A stretch of DNA of 64,000 nucleotides. Origin: an uncultured Clostridia bacterium (GTDB lineage Bacteria; Bacillota; Clostridia; Christensenellales; DTU072). A program made the position numbers and the translations under genes. The stretch lies in the NCBI GenBank assembly GCA_944363505.1, contig CALVUD010000003.1, forward strand, positions 5,783-69,782. The letters are read 5' to 3'. The first letter of the stretch is position 1, and each line of letters opens with the position of its first letter. Shown here one piece after another: positions 25,686-34,591 of this stretch. The notes beneath the pieces were generated by a model that was not told the origin of the DNA, made no database searches, and saw only the letters and a list, made by a program, of their open reading frames with translations.

Positions 25686-28600
25686 ACTATGTTGACTGCG
25701 TTGTTGTACCGCGCCGTCTGCATTATGCGCAGGATGTCGTCGTTGCGGACGCCTTTCAGAATGATCTTGTTGGAACATGCCGCCATCTCGCGCTCTATCG
25801 GAGAAACGCTGGACGGCGTATCCACGCTGAATACGATGTGAATACCGGTATCGGCACCTTGCGAGAACACTTCCTTGAACATCGCGGCGAACGTCATCTT
25901 GTCGCCGCTCGAGCCGCCGAGACCCATTGTCAGTCCGCCGAAAAGCGAACTCGGCGCGGGCGCTGTCGCGGGAGCATCGGAAATGTCGTATTGGCGCATA
26001 TTATCCTTTAAAAGATCGATAAACGCCTGTAATTTATGTATAAATACGAATATCGGCGGGTGTTCGTCCTGGATCCGGTCGGAACGCTCGCGTTGAGTAC
26101 GCAGCAGCTTTACGAACAGATTCGCCAGGTCCCTCTTGCTGTTGACTTCGGTACAGTATTTTGTGAAAGCTTCGGGCAAAACATAATAAAGGTCGTTGGG
26201 GTTATCCTTGGAGACTATCTCGCCGTTGACGTAATAAACCGATCCCTTAAATTCGGTCATATCCTTGTTGGTAATGTTTTCCATTATCACGGAAAGCATG
26301 GAGTAACCCATTATATCTCTGATCTCCTCGATGGAAGAACCCGCCATCCAAAGGTTGGATTGCGAACCCCTGAGTCCGATATTTACGCCGAAAGGTTTGC
26401 CCGTGATATAGTTTTGTCCGATCTCGAGAAAATACGTTCCGCTGGACTTTGACTTGAGAGATTTCGCAGAAACGGCCTCCGTGTATTTCGTTTGTCCGAC
26501 ATTGGGTTGGGGTACGTTGTCGTTGCCGACGACGAACAAAGGCTCTCTTTCTTTCCAGCCGTCGGTTACCTCCGCCCATTTTTTGTTTATCGCCTCGACA
26601 AACTTCAGTCGTCTTTGCGAATTCTCGGCATAAGCCACGCGGAATTCCACACAGTCGTCTTTTCCCCTGTTGGACATTTCTTTTATCAACGCCAGACCTT
26701 TTTCGATCTTATTCAAAGAACTGACCCTTTCCGGCTTTATATCGAGATCGGACGCGTCGTCGAGATTGTTCAGTTTCAAACAGATCCTGGTGCCTATCTG
26801 ACCTATGACTTCCCTGATGCCCGCGACCTTCGGCACGTTCTGAGATACCCAAAGGAAACTTATGCCGAACGCTCTGCCTTTCTTGAAAAGCTCGGACATT
26901 ATCTTTATCGCCTCCTGTCCCAGGCTTTCGTTCCGCTCGAACAGTTCCTGGACCTCGTCTATTATGACGAGCAACCTGGGCAGTTTGATCTTTGCTTTTT
27001 CGTTATATCTGATGATATCCTCGGCAAAATTTCTGCGGAAAAGATTTTCGCGTCTGTGCAGCTCTTTCAGGATATTGCTAAGGATAGCCAGTCCGTCGTC
27101 GGGGTCCGAAGTCAATCCCGTCAATTTTATGTGCGGCACCTGCTTTGCAAGCTCGCCGCCGCCTTCGTAAAACTTGAATTCGACGCCGCCTTTAAAGTCG
27201 ACCAAGTATATGTTAAGTTCGTCCGGACTGTATTTGTAACACGCCGAAAGCACTATCGCGTGGAGCAGATTGGATTTACCTGAACCCGTCCCGCCGATCG
27301 CGACCGCGTGTGCGCTGGCGCCGGACGTTGACAATTCGAAACTCAGGAACTCGTTACCGCGCATACCTATCGGCAGAGCGATGGATTCGTCCGCAGGTTT
27401 TATGCCCTTTGCGGACTTTTGCTGTTTGTCGATATACTCCAAGACGCGCGCGAATTGAATATTCTTTTGTTTGACTTTTTCGGAATTGTCCGCAAGTATC
27501 TTCAAGTACGACTCCATTTTCGTTGCGTTTATATTGTCGGCGGTCTTGAAGGTGTTGTCTACGTTCATTTCGGCGACGATCTTGTTTCCCGAGGCGTTGA
27601 ATACTATGCTGTGCCTTTTCGCCACAGCGATAAAGTTGTCGTAGGCTTCTCCTATTCCCCTGCCGACCGAAGCTTTGTTGCTGAATAATACGGTGAATAT
27701 CCCGGCCCTGTTCCCCTGATCCATTATTTTTGCCAAACGGTTGCAGGTGTCGGGATTAAATCCTTTCGGGAAATTGAGTATCGCCATTACCGTTATGCTT
27801 TCGGGGTTCGTTACGGATAGTTCGTTGTACTCGAAAATATTGTTTGCGGCGTTATAACGGATCTTATTGTCATATATGGTGTGCATCGTTTTTTCCATAT
27901 CTTTGACGACGCCGTCCAGATCCCTTTCGTCACGGACGATGCCGCCCCCGACCAGACCGCCGAGATCCTTTAGCTTTGCGTATCTCGAAAAATCGCCCCT
28001 GTCGTCGACGTCGACAAGCAGAAAACTTATTCTTTTTGCCGGGAAACTCATCAAATAAGAAATAAGTATTTCGTGTATAAAATTAAAAATAATGGAGGAG
28101 TATTCGCCGGGTTCGTTGATATTGACTAAAATGTTGCCGCAGTTTTTGAGATCCAGCACCAGCGGGCACGACATCTTGCCGTCCTTGACGAACTCGGAAA
28201 GCACCGGGCTCTTTCCGAAATATTTTTTATGCTCGGGCTTTGTGTCGACGGTAACATCCATATCTCCGAGCGTTATATATTCTTTGAAATCGAAAGAGCC
28301 GTTATCCACGTCGACCGTGCCCTTTTGTCCGGATTCATATATCTGTCGGAAATTGGCTTTGTTGATTATATCGTCCTCTTGCCCGAGGATCTCGCGCTCT
28401 TTGCTTTCGTAATAAGCGTTTAGTCTGCCTTTTTCTTTTTCTATCAACGCCTTGCGACGCTCGTCCACGAATTTGGCGTATTCGGCTTCGCTATAGTATC
28501 TTCTGACCGCATTCTCCATCGAAGACAGTCTTTGGATCAGCCCTAACGCCATGGCGATGGCTTGTTTTGTTTTTTCGTGTTGCGGATAACCGTTCGCGTC

Positions 28601-29134
28601 TTCGGAAATCAGAAGATCGTAATTATAGACCGAAAATTCTTGTTTTTCCCCGACCTCTTCGATGGTGTTCGCACCTCTGCAAAACACTACTGTCTCGGGC
28701 TTTCCTTTGATACCTTCGTCCTTTGTCTTAATTTCCAAAGGAGGGTTATATTCGTCATAGTCGAAATCGTTAAGTTCAGAAACCACTTTGTTCAGCGCTT
28801 CTACACCGTCGATAATGTTCAGTCTGTACCCCTCTATGTCGTCGGAAAGAACTTCTCCGACGTATTTCGGTTTGATCTTTTTGTATTCCTCGTTGCCGAT
28901 TTCGTCGGAGCGTAGCTGAACGATAAGCTTTTCGAGACGGTCTTTTATGTCCGTAACTTCGCTCTTTACGTAACGGTTAAGTTTCGCGCGGTAATCGGCT
29001 TTCAACTTATCCGAAATTTTTTCTGCACCCTTTGTTTTATCGGAAAGGCTCGAATCGACGTTTTTTATGACCGAATCCAGTTTAACGAATTTCTTTTGGC
29101 ACTGATCGATGATGCTAATAACCTTGTTAATCAT
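25661..29134 (-). CDS. Soluble multi-domain FtsK/SpoIIIE-family ATPase (coiled-coil N-terminus, degenerate-active-degenerate P-loop domains)
   Basis: Walker A GGTGSGKS (27275-27295), Walker B LLVIIDEVQE, no hydrophobic TM segments seen. Start MINKVISII at 29134 follows AGGGG. Confidence 0.7.
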   Translation of the reverse strand: MINKVISIIDQCQKKFVKLDSVIKNVDSSLSDKTKGAEKISDKLKADYRAKLNRYVKSEVTDIKDRLEKLIVQLRSDEIGNEEYKKIKPKYVGEVLSDDIEGYRLNIIDGVEALNKVVSELNDFDYDEYNPPLEIKTKDEGIKGKPETVVFCRGANTIEEVGEKQEFSVYNYDLLISEDANGYPQHEKTKQAIAMALGLIQRLSSMENAVRRYYSEAEYAKFVDERRKALIEKEKGRLNAYYESKEREILGQEDDIINKANFRQIYESGQKGTVDVDNGSFDFKEYITLGDMDVTVDTKPEHKKYFGKSPVLSEFVKDGKMSCPLVLDLKNCGNILVNINEPGEYSSIIFNFIHEILISYLMSFPAKRISFLLVDVDDRGDFSRYAKLKDLGGLVGGGIVRDERDLDGVVKDMEKTMHTIYDNKIRYNAANNIFEYNELSVTNPESITVMAILNFPKGFNPDTCNRLAKIMDQGNRAGIFTVLFSNKASVGRGIGEAYDNFIAVAKRHSIVFNASGNKIVAEMNVDNTFKTADNINATKMESYLKILADNSEKVKQKNIQFARVLEYIDKQQKSAKGIKPADESIALPIGMRGNEFLSFELSTSGASAHAVAIGGTGSGKSNLLHAIVLSACYKYSPDELNIYLVDFKGGVEFKFYEGGGELAKQVPHIKLTGLTSDPDDGLAILSNILKELHRRENLFRRNFAEDIIRYNEKAKIKLPRLLVIIDEVQELFERNESLGQEAIKIMSELFKKGRAFGISFLWVSQNVPKVAGIREVIGQIGTRICLKLNNLDDASDLDIKPERVSSLNKIEKGLALIKEMSNRGKDDCVEFRVAYAENSQRRLKFVEAINKKWAEVTDGWKEREPLFVVGNDNVPQPNVGQTKYTEAVSAKSLKSKSSGTYFLEIGQNYITGKPFGVNIGLRGSQSNLWMAGSSIEEIRDIMGYSMLSVIMENITNKDMTEFKGSVYYVNGEIVSKDNPNDLYYVLPEAFTKYCTEVNSKRDLANLFVKLLRTQRERSDRIQDEHPPIFVFIHKLQAFIDLLKDNMRQYDISDAPATAPAPSSLFGGLTMGLGGSSGDKMTFAAMFKEVFSQGADTGIHIVFSVDTPSSVSPIEREMAACSNKIILKGVRNDDILRIMQTARYNNAVNIVCTNCATI

Positions 29135-29358
29135 TTTACCGCCCCTGCTTTTATTCACATATACGGGGCAAAAATCAATCTTCCCCGCAAAAAGTGCGTT
29201 ATAATTATATATTCGCCGTGTCAAACGTTTTTTCTATTCTTTTATATGATTTCTGCTATACGCTTCCCGCAACATTGATATTTTACTTCGGTCCGTGTTA
29301 TGATTTAAAAAACATCCCTTTTCTTTGAGGAGGCATCCGAAGGAGAGTTTTTTATAAT

Positions 29359-29964
29359 ATGAATTCTAACAGTAACAGTAAAGGATTTACCGATACTTCA
29401 AACGCGGAAGATCGTCTGAGGCTGGGTCGGCTGTATCCCGTTTTTTTGAAAGAGTACGACCCGGCGTACGAAAAACTGTTCGCGGAAGAAAAAGCCTTTC
29501 TGGAGGGCGTTTTTGCGCCTCACGTTTTCAGGATCAGCCATATCGGCTCGACCGCCGTGAAAGGACTCGTTTCCAAACCCACCGTGGACATACTCGCGGA
29601 AATTTACGAAAGCTGCGACCTCGCCTGTATAGAAAAGCATTTGCTTTCGCTCGGCTATATCGTCAACCGCCCCGAAAACGATATCGTTATGTTTATAAAA
29701 GGCTACGCCCCCGAAGGCTATTCGGGACAAACGTATCATATCCATGTCCGCCGCCCCGGCGACTGGGGAGAGCCGTATTTCAGAGATTATCTTTCCGAAA
29801 ACCCCGCTGTCGCCGAAGAATACGCTAAACTGAAAAAGGCGCTCGCCGAAAAATACCGCTTCGACCGCGACACGTATACATTGGCCAAAAGCGCGTTCGT
29901 CGAAAAATACACCGCCGAGGCGCGCGAAAAATACGGAGCGTTATATATGGCGCCGTCAGACTGA
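29359..29964 (+). CDS. GrpB-family protein
   Basis: 201 aa; ISHIGSTAV.G...KP.VDIL and HIHV motifs typical of GrpB/UPF0157. Confidence 0.7.
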   Translation: MNSNSNSKGFTDTSNAEDRLRLGRLYPVFLKEYDPAYEKLFAEEKAFLEGVFAPHVFRISHIGSTAVKGLVSKPTVDILAEIYESCDLACIEKHLLSLGYIVNRPENDIVMFIKGYAPEGYSGQTYHIHVRRPGDWGEPYFRDYLSENPAVAEEYAKLKKALAEKYRFDRDTYTLAKSAFVEKYTAEAREKYGALYMAPSD

Positions 29965-30128
29965 TCCCTGCAACGCGCCCCGCACGTTTGGCGCGTTTTT
30001 CTGTTAAAGACCCCTCTCCTTTTCGTTATAATTGCACGTGTAATCGCTTGCGTACCCTCCTCTTTTGTGATATGATACAGTCAAGGGAATTTGGCTTAAT
30101 CCGCTCCCTTTTAATTCAGGAGGTAGTA

Positions 30129-31514
30129 ATGAAAGTTCAGTTTACCGAAACCGTTTTGCGCGATGCCAATCAGTCGTTGATTGCCACCCGTCTGCCTTTC
30201 GAAAAATTCGAAAAGATTCTGCCCGTAATGGATAAGGCGGGCTATTATTCCGTCGAATGCTGGGGCGGAGCCACGTTTGACTCCTGCCTTCGCTTTTTGA
30301 ACGAAGATCCCTGGGAAAGGCTGCATAAGATAAAGGCCGCCATGCCCAACACAAAGCTTCAGATGCTGCTGCGCGGACAGAACCTTCTGGGATACAAGCA
30401 CTATCCCGACGACGTCGTCAGAAAGTTCGTCGAACTGAGCGTCAAAGGCGGCATCGACATCCTGCGTATTTTCGACGCGCTGAACGACCTGAGAAACCTC
30501 GAAGTCGCCGTCGACGAGACCGTCAAGAACGGAGCGCACGCCTCCATCGCGATCTCATATACCACCAGCCCCGTACATACCCTTAAAAAATTCGCCGCCC
30601 TCGCAAAAGACATGCAAAAAATGGGCGCGGGTTCCATCTGCATAAAGGACATGGCGGGCGTAATGAGCCCGAAAGAAGCATACGACCTGGTGGGCGCGAT
30701 AAAGGACGCCGTAAGTCTGCCCGTGGTACTGCACACTCACTGCACGACGGGGCTCGCGTTCATGACCGCCCTGAAAGCCGTCGAGGCGGGCGCGGACGTC
30801 ATCGACACCGCGACCAGCTGTTTCTCGGGAGGCACCTCTCAGCCCGCTACCGAAACGCTGGTATACGCGCTTAAACAGCTCGGTTACGAAGTCGACGTCG
30901 ACGAAAAAGTCATGAACGAGGTCAACTCCTTCTTCAAACCCATCCGCGACGAGTATCTCGCAAGCGGTCTGTTGGATCCCAAGGTCATGGCTACCGACAC
31001 CCAGGCGTTGAACTACAAGATCCCCGGAGGAATGCTGTCGAACCTTATCTCCCAGCTCAAGATGCAAAACGCGATCGGCAGGCTGGAAGAAGTTCTGGTC
31101 GAGACCCCCAGGGTCAGAGAGGACCTCGGTTATCCTCCGCTGGTCACGCCCATGAGCCAGATGGTCGGCGTTCAGGCGGTCAACAACGTGCTCCAGGGCG
31201 AACGTTACAAGATCATCGGAAAGGAAGTCAAGGCGTACTGCCGCGGCGAATACGGCAAAGCTCCCGGTAAAATCAACGAGGAACTGATGAAAAAGGCGCT
31301 GGGCGACGAAAAACCCGTGACCTGCCGTTTCGCGGACACCTTGGAACCCGAGTTCGAAAAGACTAAAGCGGAGCTTAAAGACGTGGCGAGAAGCGACGAG
31401 GACGTCCTTTCCTATATCGCCTTCCCGCAGATCGCCGAAAAATTCTTCGCCGCCAGAAAAGCCGCCGAGGAAAAAGTCGTCAAGTACACTATCGAAAACG
31501 TCGAGGAGGAATAA
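30129..31514 (+). CDS. Oxaloacetate decarboxylase alpha-type carboxyltransferase (5S/PycB-like) lacking a fused biotin domain
   Basis: MKVQFTETVLRDANQSL and HTHCTTGLA motifs. ATG at 30129 follows AGGAGG (30118-30123). Confidence 0.8.
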   Translation: MKVQFTETVLRDANQSLIATRLPFEKFEKILPVMDKAGYYSVECWGGATFDSCLRFLNEDPWERLHKIKAAMPNTKLQMLLRGQNLLGYKHYPDDVVRKFVELSVKGGIDILRIFDALNDLRNLEVAVDETVKNGAHASIAISYTTSPVHTLKKFAALAKDMQKMGAGSICIKDMAGVMSPKEAYDLVGAIKDAVSLPVVLHTHCTTGLAFMTALKAVEAGADVIDTATSCFSGGTSQPATETLVYALKQLGYEVDVDEKVMNEVNSFFKPIRDEYLASGLLDPKVMATDTQALNYKIPGGMLSNLISQLKMQNAIGRLEEVLVETPRVREDLGYPPLVTPMSQMVGVQAVNNVLQGERYKIIGKEVKAYCRGEYGKAPGKINEELMKKALGDEKPVTCRFADTLEPEFEKTKAELKDVARSDEDVLSYIAFPQIAEKFFAARKAAEEKVVKYTIENVEEE

Positions 31515-31517
31515 TAA

Positions 31518-31877
31518 ATGCTTTCCGCTATCGAATCGATTACCGTAGGAGAATCCGCATTGTTGAGCCTTGTTTCGATGGGCACGATAATGGCGGTGCT
31601 TCTTCTGATAATGGGTCTTATCTATCTGATGAGTTTTCTTTACCGCGAATTTACAAAGCGCAAAAAGAGCAAGTCCGCTTCCGAAGCCGTTTCCGAAGCG
31701 CCTTCCGCGCAGGCGGAGCCTGTTGCGCCCGGTTCCTGCGGAGAGCTGAAACTGGTCAAATGCTCCGAGCGCGACGCCGCGATGATAATGGCGATAGTGG
31801 CGGACAACATGCAGGAAGACCTGAACAAACTGCGCTTCAAATCCATAAAGCTGGTTGAGGACAGCGACAACAAATAA
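31518..31877 (+). CDS. OadG-like small membrane subunit of the Na+-pumping decarboxylase
   Basis: 119 aa with a single N-terminal TM helix, positioned between the alpha and biotin-carrier genes. Confidence 0.6.
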   Translation: MLSAIESITVGESALLSLVSMGTIMAVLLLIMGLIYLMSFLYREFTKRKKSKSASEAVSEAPSAQAEPVAPGSCGELKLVKCSERDAAMIMAIVADNMQEDLNKLRFKSIKLVEDSDNK

Positions 31878-31897
31878 TCGAAATAAGGAGTCCCGAA

Positions 31898-32299
31898 ATG
31901 AAATATAAAGTTACCCTTAACGGAAAAACATACGAAGTGGAAGTTGAAAAAGGCGAAGCCGTTCTTTTGAAAGAATACGAGGCGGCGGCACCCGCGGCAC
32001 CCGTAGCCGCACCCGTTGCGACAGCTCCCGCGGCACCCGCGGCACCTGCAGCGGCACCTGCGGCAGCCTCCGTACAACTCGGCGCCGGCACCGCCGTCAA
32101 CGCGCCCCTGCCCGGCACCGTTTTACAGATAAAGGCTTCCGTCGGTCAGGCGGTCAAAGCGGGCGAAACCGTCATGATCATCGAAGCGATGAAAATGGAA
32201 AACGAAATCGTCGCTCCGAGAGACGGCAAAATCACTTCCGTCGTCGTCCAGAAAGGCGCGGCGGTCAACGCGGGCGATCCTTTGTTCACCATAGCGTAA
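31898..32299 (+). CDS. Biotin carboxyl carrier protein
   Basis: An Ala/Pro-rich linker followed by IIEAMKMENEI, the biotinyl-lysine motif. Confidence 0.85.
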   Translation: MKYKVTLNGKTYEVEVEKGEAVLLKEYEAAAPAAPVAAPVATAPAAPAAPAAAPAAASVQLGAGTAVNAPLPGTVLQIKASVGQAVKAGETVMIIEAMKMENEIVAPRDGKITSVVVQKGAAVNAGDPLFTIA

Positions 32300-32316
32300 C
32301 TTTTTAACGAGGTTTT

Positions 32317-33498
32317 ATGGATTTAGGTCAAATTTTTACCGATCTGGTAAACAGTTCGGGATTTGCCGGATTGTTTTCGGGTATGGGATGGCAGAACGCG
32401 GTCATGATCGTGATCGCTTTGTTCCTGCTGTTCTTGGGGATCGTAAAAAAATTCGAACCCCTGCTCCTCGTAGGTATTGCTTTCGGAATGCTACTGACGA
32501 ACCTGCCCGCGGGCGAAGTTTTCCATGCCGAACTGTGGAACGATCCTAACGGCGTAAGTTATGCGACCGTTTTGCAGAAAGGCGGTCTTATCGATATCCT
32601 GTACATAGGCGTCAAAACGGGCGTATACCCCTGTCTGATATTCATAGGCGTGGGCGCGATGACGGATTTCGGACCGATGCTCGCGAATCCGAAGTCGCTT
32701 ATTCTGGGCGCGGCGGCGCAGCTCGGCGTTTTCTGCGCGTTCATCCTTGCGATAGTCTTTAAATTCTCTCCCCAGGAAGCCGCTTCCATCGGCATCATCG
32801 GCGGAGCCGACGGTCCTACCGCGATATGGCTGACCAAGTCGCTCGCCCCGGGACTGCTGGGACCGATAGCGATAGCCGCATATTCGTATATGGCGCTGAT
32901 CCCTTTCATTCAGCCGCCGCTTATGCGACTCATCGTTCCCAAAAAGGAACGCATGATAAAGATGGAGCAGACTCGCGAGGTATCCAAAGCCGAAAAGATC
33001 ATATTCCCGATCATGGTTACCGTTTTCACGGTGCTTATCCTTCCCTCGGTCGCGGGACTTTTAGGCTGTCTGATGTTCGGTAACCTGCTGAAGGAAACGG
33101 GCGTTACCGACCGTCTCTCCGACACCGCGCAAAACGCTCTGATGAACATCGTTACCCTGTTCCTCGGCATCTCCGTTGGCGCTACCGCCATAGGCTCTAC
33201 GTTCCTCGACATAAAGACGATCCTTATCATCCTGCTGGGTCTGTTCGCGTTCGCGTTCTCTACCGTGGGCGGACTGCTGTTCGGCAGACTGCTGTGCCTC
33301 GTTACCCACGGCAAGGTCAACCCCCTTATCGGCGCGGCGGGCGTTTCCGCGGTCCCCATGGCGGCGAGAGTCGCGCACCGCGAAGGTCTGAAAGCCAATC
33401 CCGATTCCTATCTGTTGATGCACGCTATGGGACCGAACGTCGCGGGAGTCATCGGCTCCGCAGTCGCTGCGGGAATACTGATGAGCGTATTCGGTTAA
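32317..33498 (+). CDS. Na+-translocating decarboxylase beta subunit (OadB/GcdB/MmdB family)
   Basis: 393 aa polytopic membrane protein, including IIGGADGPT and AMGPNVAG. Confidence 0.85.
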   Translation: MDLGQIFTDLVNSSGFAGLFSGMGWQNAVMIVIALFLLFLGIVKKFEPLLLVGIAFGMLLTNLPAGEVFHAELWNDPNGVSYATVLQKGGLIDILYIGVKTGVYPCLIFIGVGAMTDFGPMLANPKSLILGAAAQLGVFCAFILAIVFKFSPQEAASIGIIGGADGPTAIWLTKSLAPGLLGPIAIAAYSYMALIPFIQPPLMRLIVPKKERMIKMEQTREVSKAEKIIFPIMVTVFTVLILPSVAGLLGCLMFGNLLKETGVTDRLSDTAQNALMNIVTLFLGISVGATAIGSTFLDIKTILIILLGLFAFAFSTVGGLLFGRLLCLVTHGKVNPLIGAAGVSAVPMAARVAHREGLKANPDSYLLMHAMGPNVAGVIGSAVAAGILMSVFG

Positions 33499-33528
33499 GC
33501 GATACGACTATCGGTCTTTCTCGAATTC

Positions 33529-33558
33529 AAAGCCCGGCTTTTACGCCGGGCTTTTTTC
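33529..33558 (+). terminator. Rho-independent terminator of the decarboxylase operon
   Basis: AGCCCGGC-TTTTAC-GCCGGGCT followed by TTTTTT. Confidence 0.75.
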
Positions 33559-33622
33559 TACCATTTCCCCTTTTTCCGATACTTTGCGGTTCCGATTTCC
33601 GACGCGCCCGCGCAGGCTCCGT

Positions 33623-33650
33623 AAAAAAGCCCGACGAACGTCGGGCTTTA
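33623..33650 (-). terminator. Rho-independent terminator of the 33684-34082 gene
   Basis: Minus strand reads AAAGCCCGAC-GTTC-GTCGGGCTTTTTT. Confidence 0.7.
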
Positions 33651-33683
33651 TGTTTGTCTGCAAATCAAACGGCTTTACCTTGA

Positions 33684-34082
33684 TTAAAAATCGAGTTCCA
33701 CTCTGAAAGAAAGGTTATGCGCTATCGCGCCGCCGAGATCCAACGCGGGTTCGGAGGTAACCTCGGGTCTTTGCTCTTTCTTTTTGCGCCATCCCGCATG
33801 TAAAACGAGGTTGTCGGCGGGCATCTTCGTTATGCACGCGCGTTCGGTGCATGCGGCGTCGTAATACCACCCCATGAAATCGTAATACTGCGAACTGAGC
33901 TGCGGCAAAACGATCTCCGCACCCTTTCTCGCCTTTATCGCAGGGATTTCCGCGGTAAATTTGACCTTTCCCGTTTTAAAAGAAATGCTTCTCTTGCCAA
34001 ACACGTTTATCAGCACCGTTATAATTACGGCAAGCACGACGACGCCCGCGACCGCCGCAACGATTACGATGACGGGATCCAT
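33684..34082 (-). CDS. Small membrane-anchored protein with a Listeria/Bacteroides-type (InlB B-repeat-like) domain
   Basis: N-terminal TM helix, then YDFMGWYYDAACTE...LVLHAGW. Confidence 0.55.
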   Translation of the reverse strand: MDPVIVIVAAVAGVVVLAVIITVLINVFGKRSISFKTGKVKFTAEIPAIKARKGAEIVLPQLSSQYYDFMGWYYDAACTERACITKMPADNLVLHAGWRKKKEQRPEVTSEPALDLGGAIAHNLSFRVELDF

Positions 34083-34095
34083 TTATTTTTCCTCC

Positions 34096-34470
34096 TTATA
34101 CGAAACAGAGAATAACGGCTATGACCGCCAGCGCGAACGGTATCAGAGATAATAAAAATCCCGTCCGTCTCCTGACCTTATAATAGCGTTTGCGCATCAG
34201 ATGCCCCGAAACGTCGGACACCGCCGCGCCGTCCGGCGGTATACGGGTATCGGCAAACGCGCGCTCCAAAGCCGATTTCCTGCCTGGATATGCGTAAATA
34301 TCGAAAAACGGGTATCTTCCGTCCTCGGGAACGGGCGGAACGTAATCGACCGGCATCGATACCGCGTTCACGGCTACGGGCATGCCTTTGACCGATCCGA
34401 AAACGCCCTTTCCGCGTTCCAACAGCCCTACGCGCGACCTTTTTATCGTTAAGTTTGTCTGAGTATTCAT
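34096..34470 (-). CDS. Hypothetical protein with a C-terminal TM anchor
   Basis: 124-aa ORF, 13 nt upstream of the next gene, with a hydrophobic C-terminus LLSLIPFALAVIAVILCFV. Confidence 0.45.
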   Translation of the reverse strand: MNTQTNLTIKRSRVGLLERGKGVFGSVKGMPVAVNAVSMPVDYVPPVPEDGRYPFFDIYAYPGRKSALERAFADTRIPPDGAAVSDVSGHLMRKRYYKVRRRTGFLLSLIPFALAVIAVILCFV

Positions 34471-34591
34471 GTCTCCCTCGCTATATTTAATGATAAATCA
34501 CATCTTTTTTAAAGTCAATACCCGATTTGAAAGCGAAAAGCGCGTTTTTTATCCGTATATGCCGAAGCAAGCGGCAAAACGTGATCGGAAA

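Noticed and set aside
31960-32070. Ala/Pro-rich repetitive DNA and the antisense ORFs 31640-32077 and 31837-32118
   Set aside because: This is the normal flexible AP linker of a biotin carrier protein. The antisense ORFs are by-products of the GC-rich repeat.
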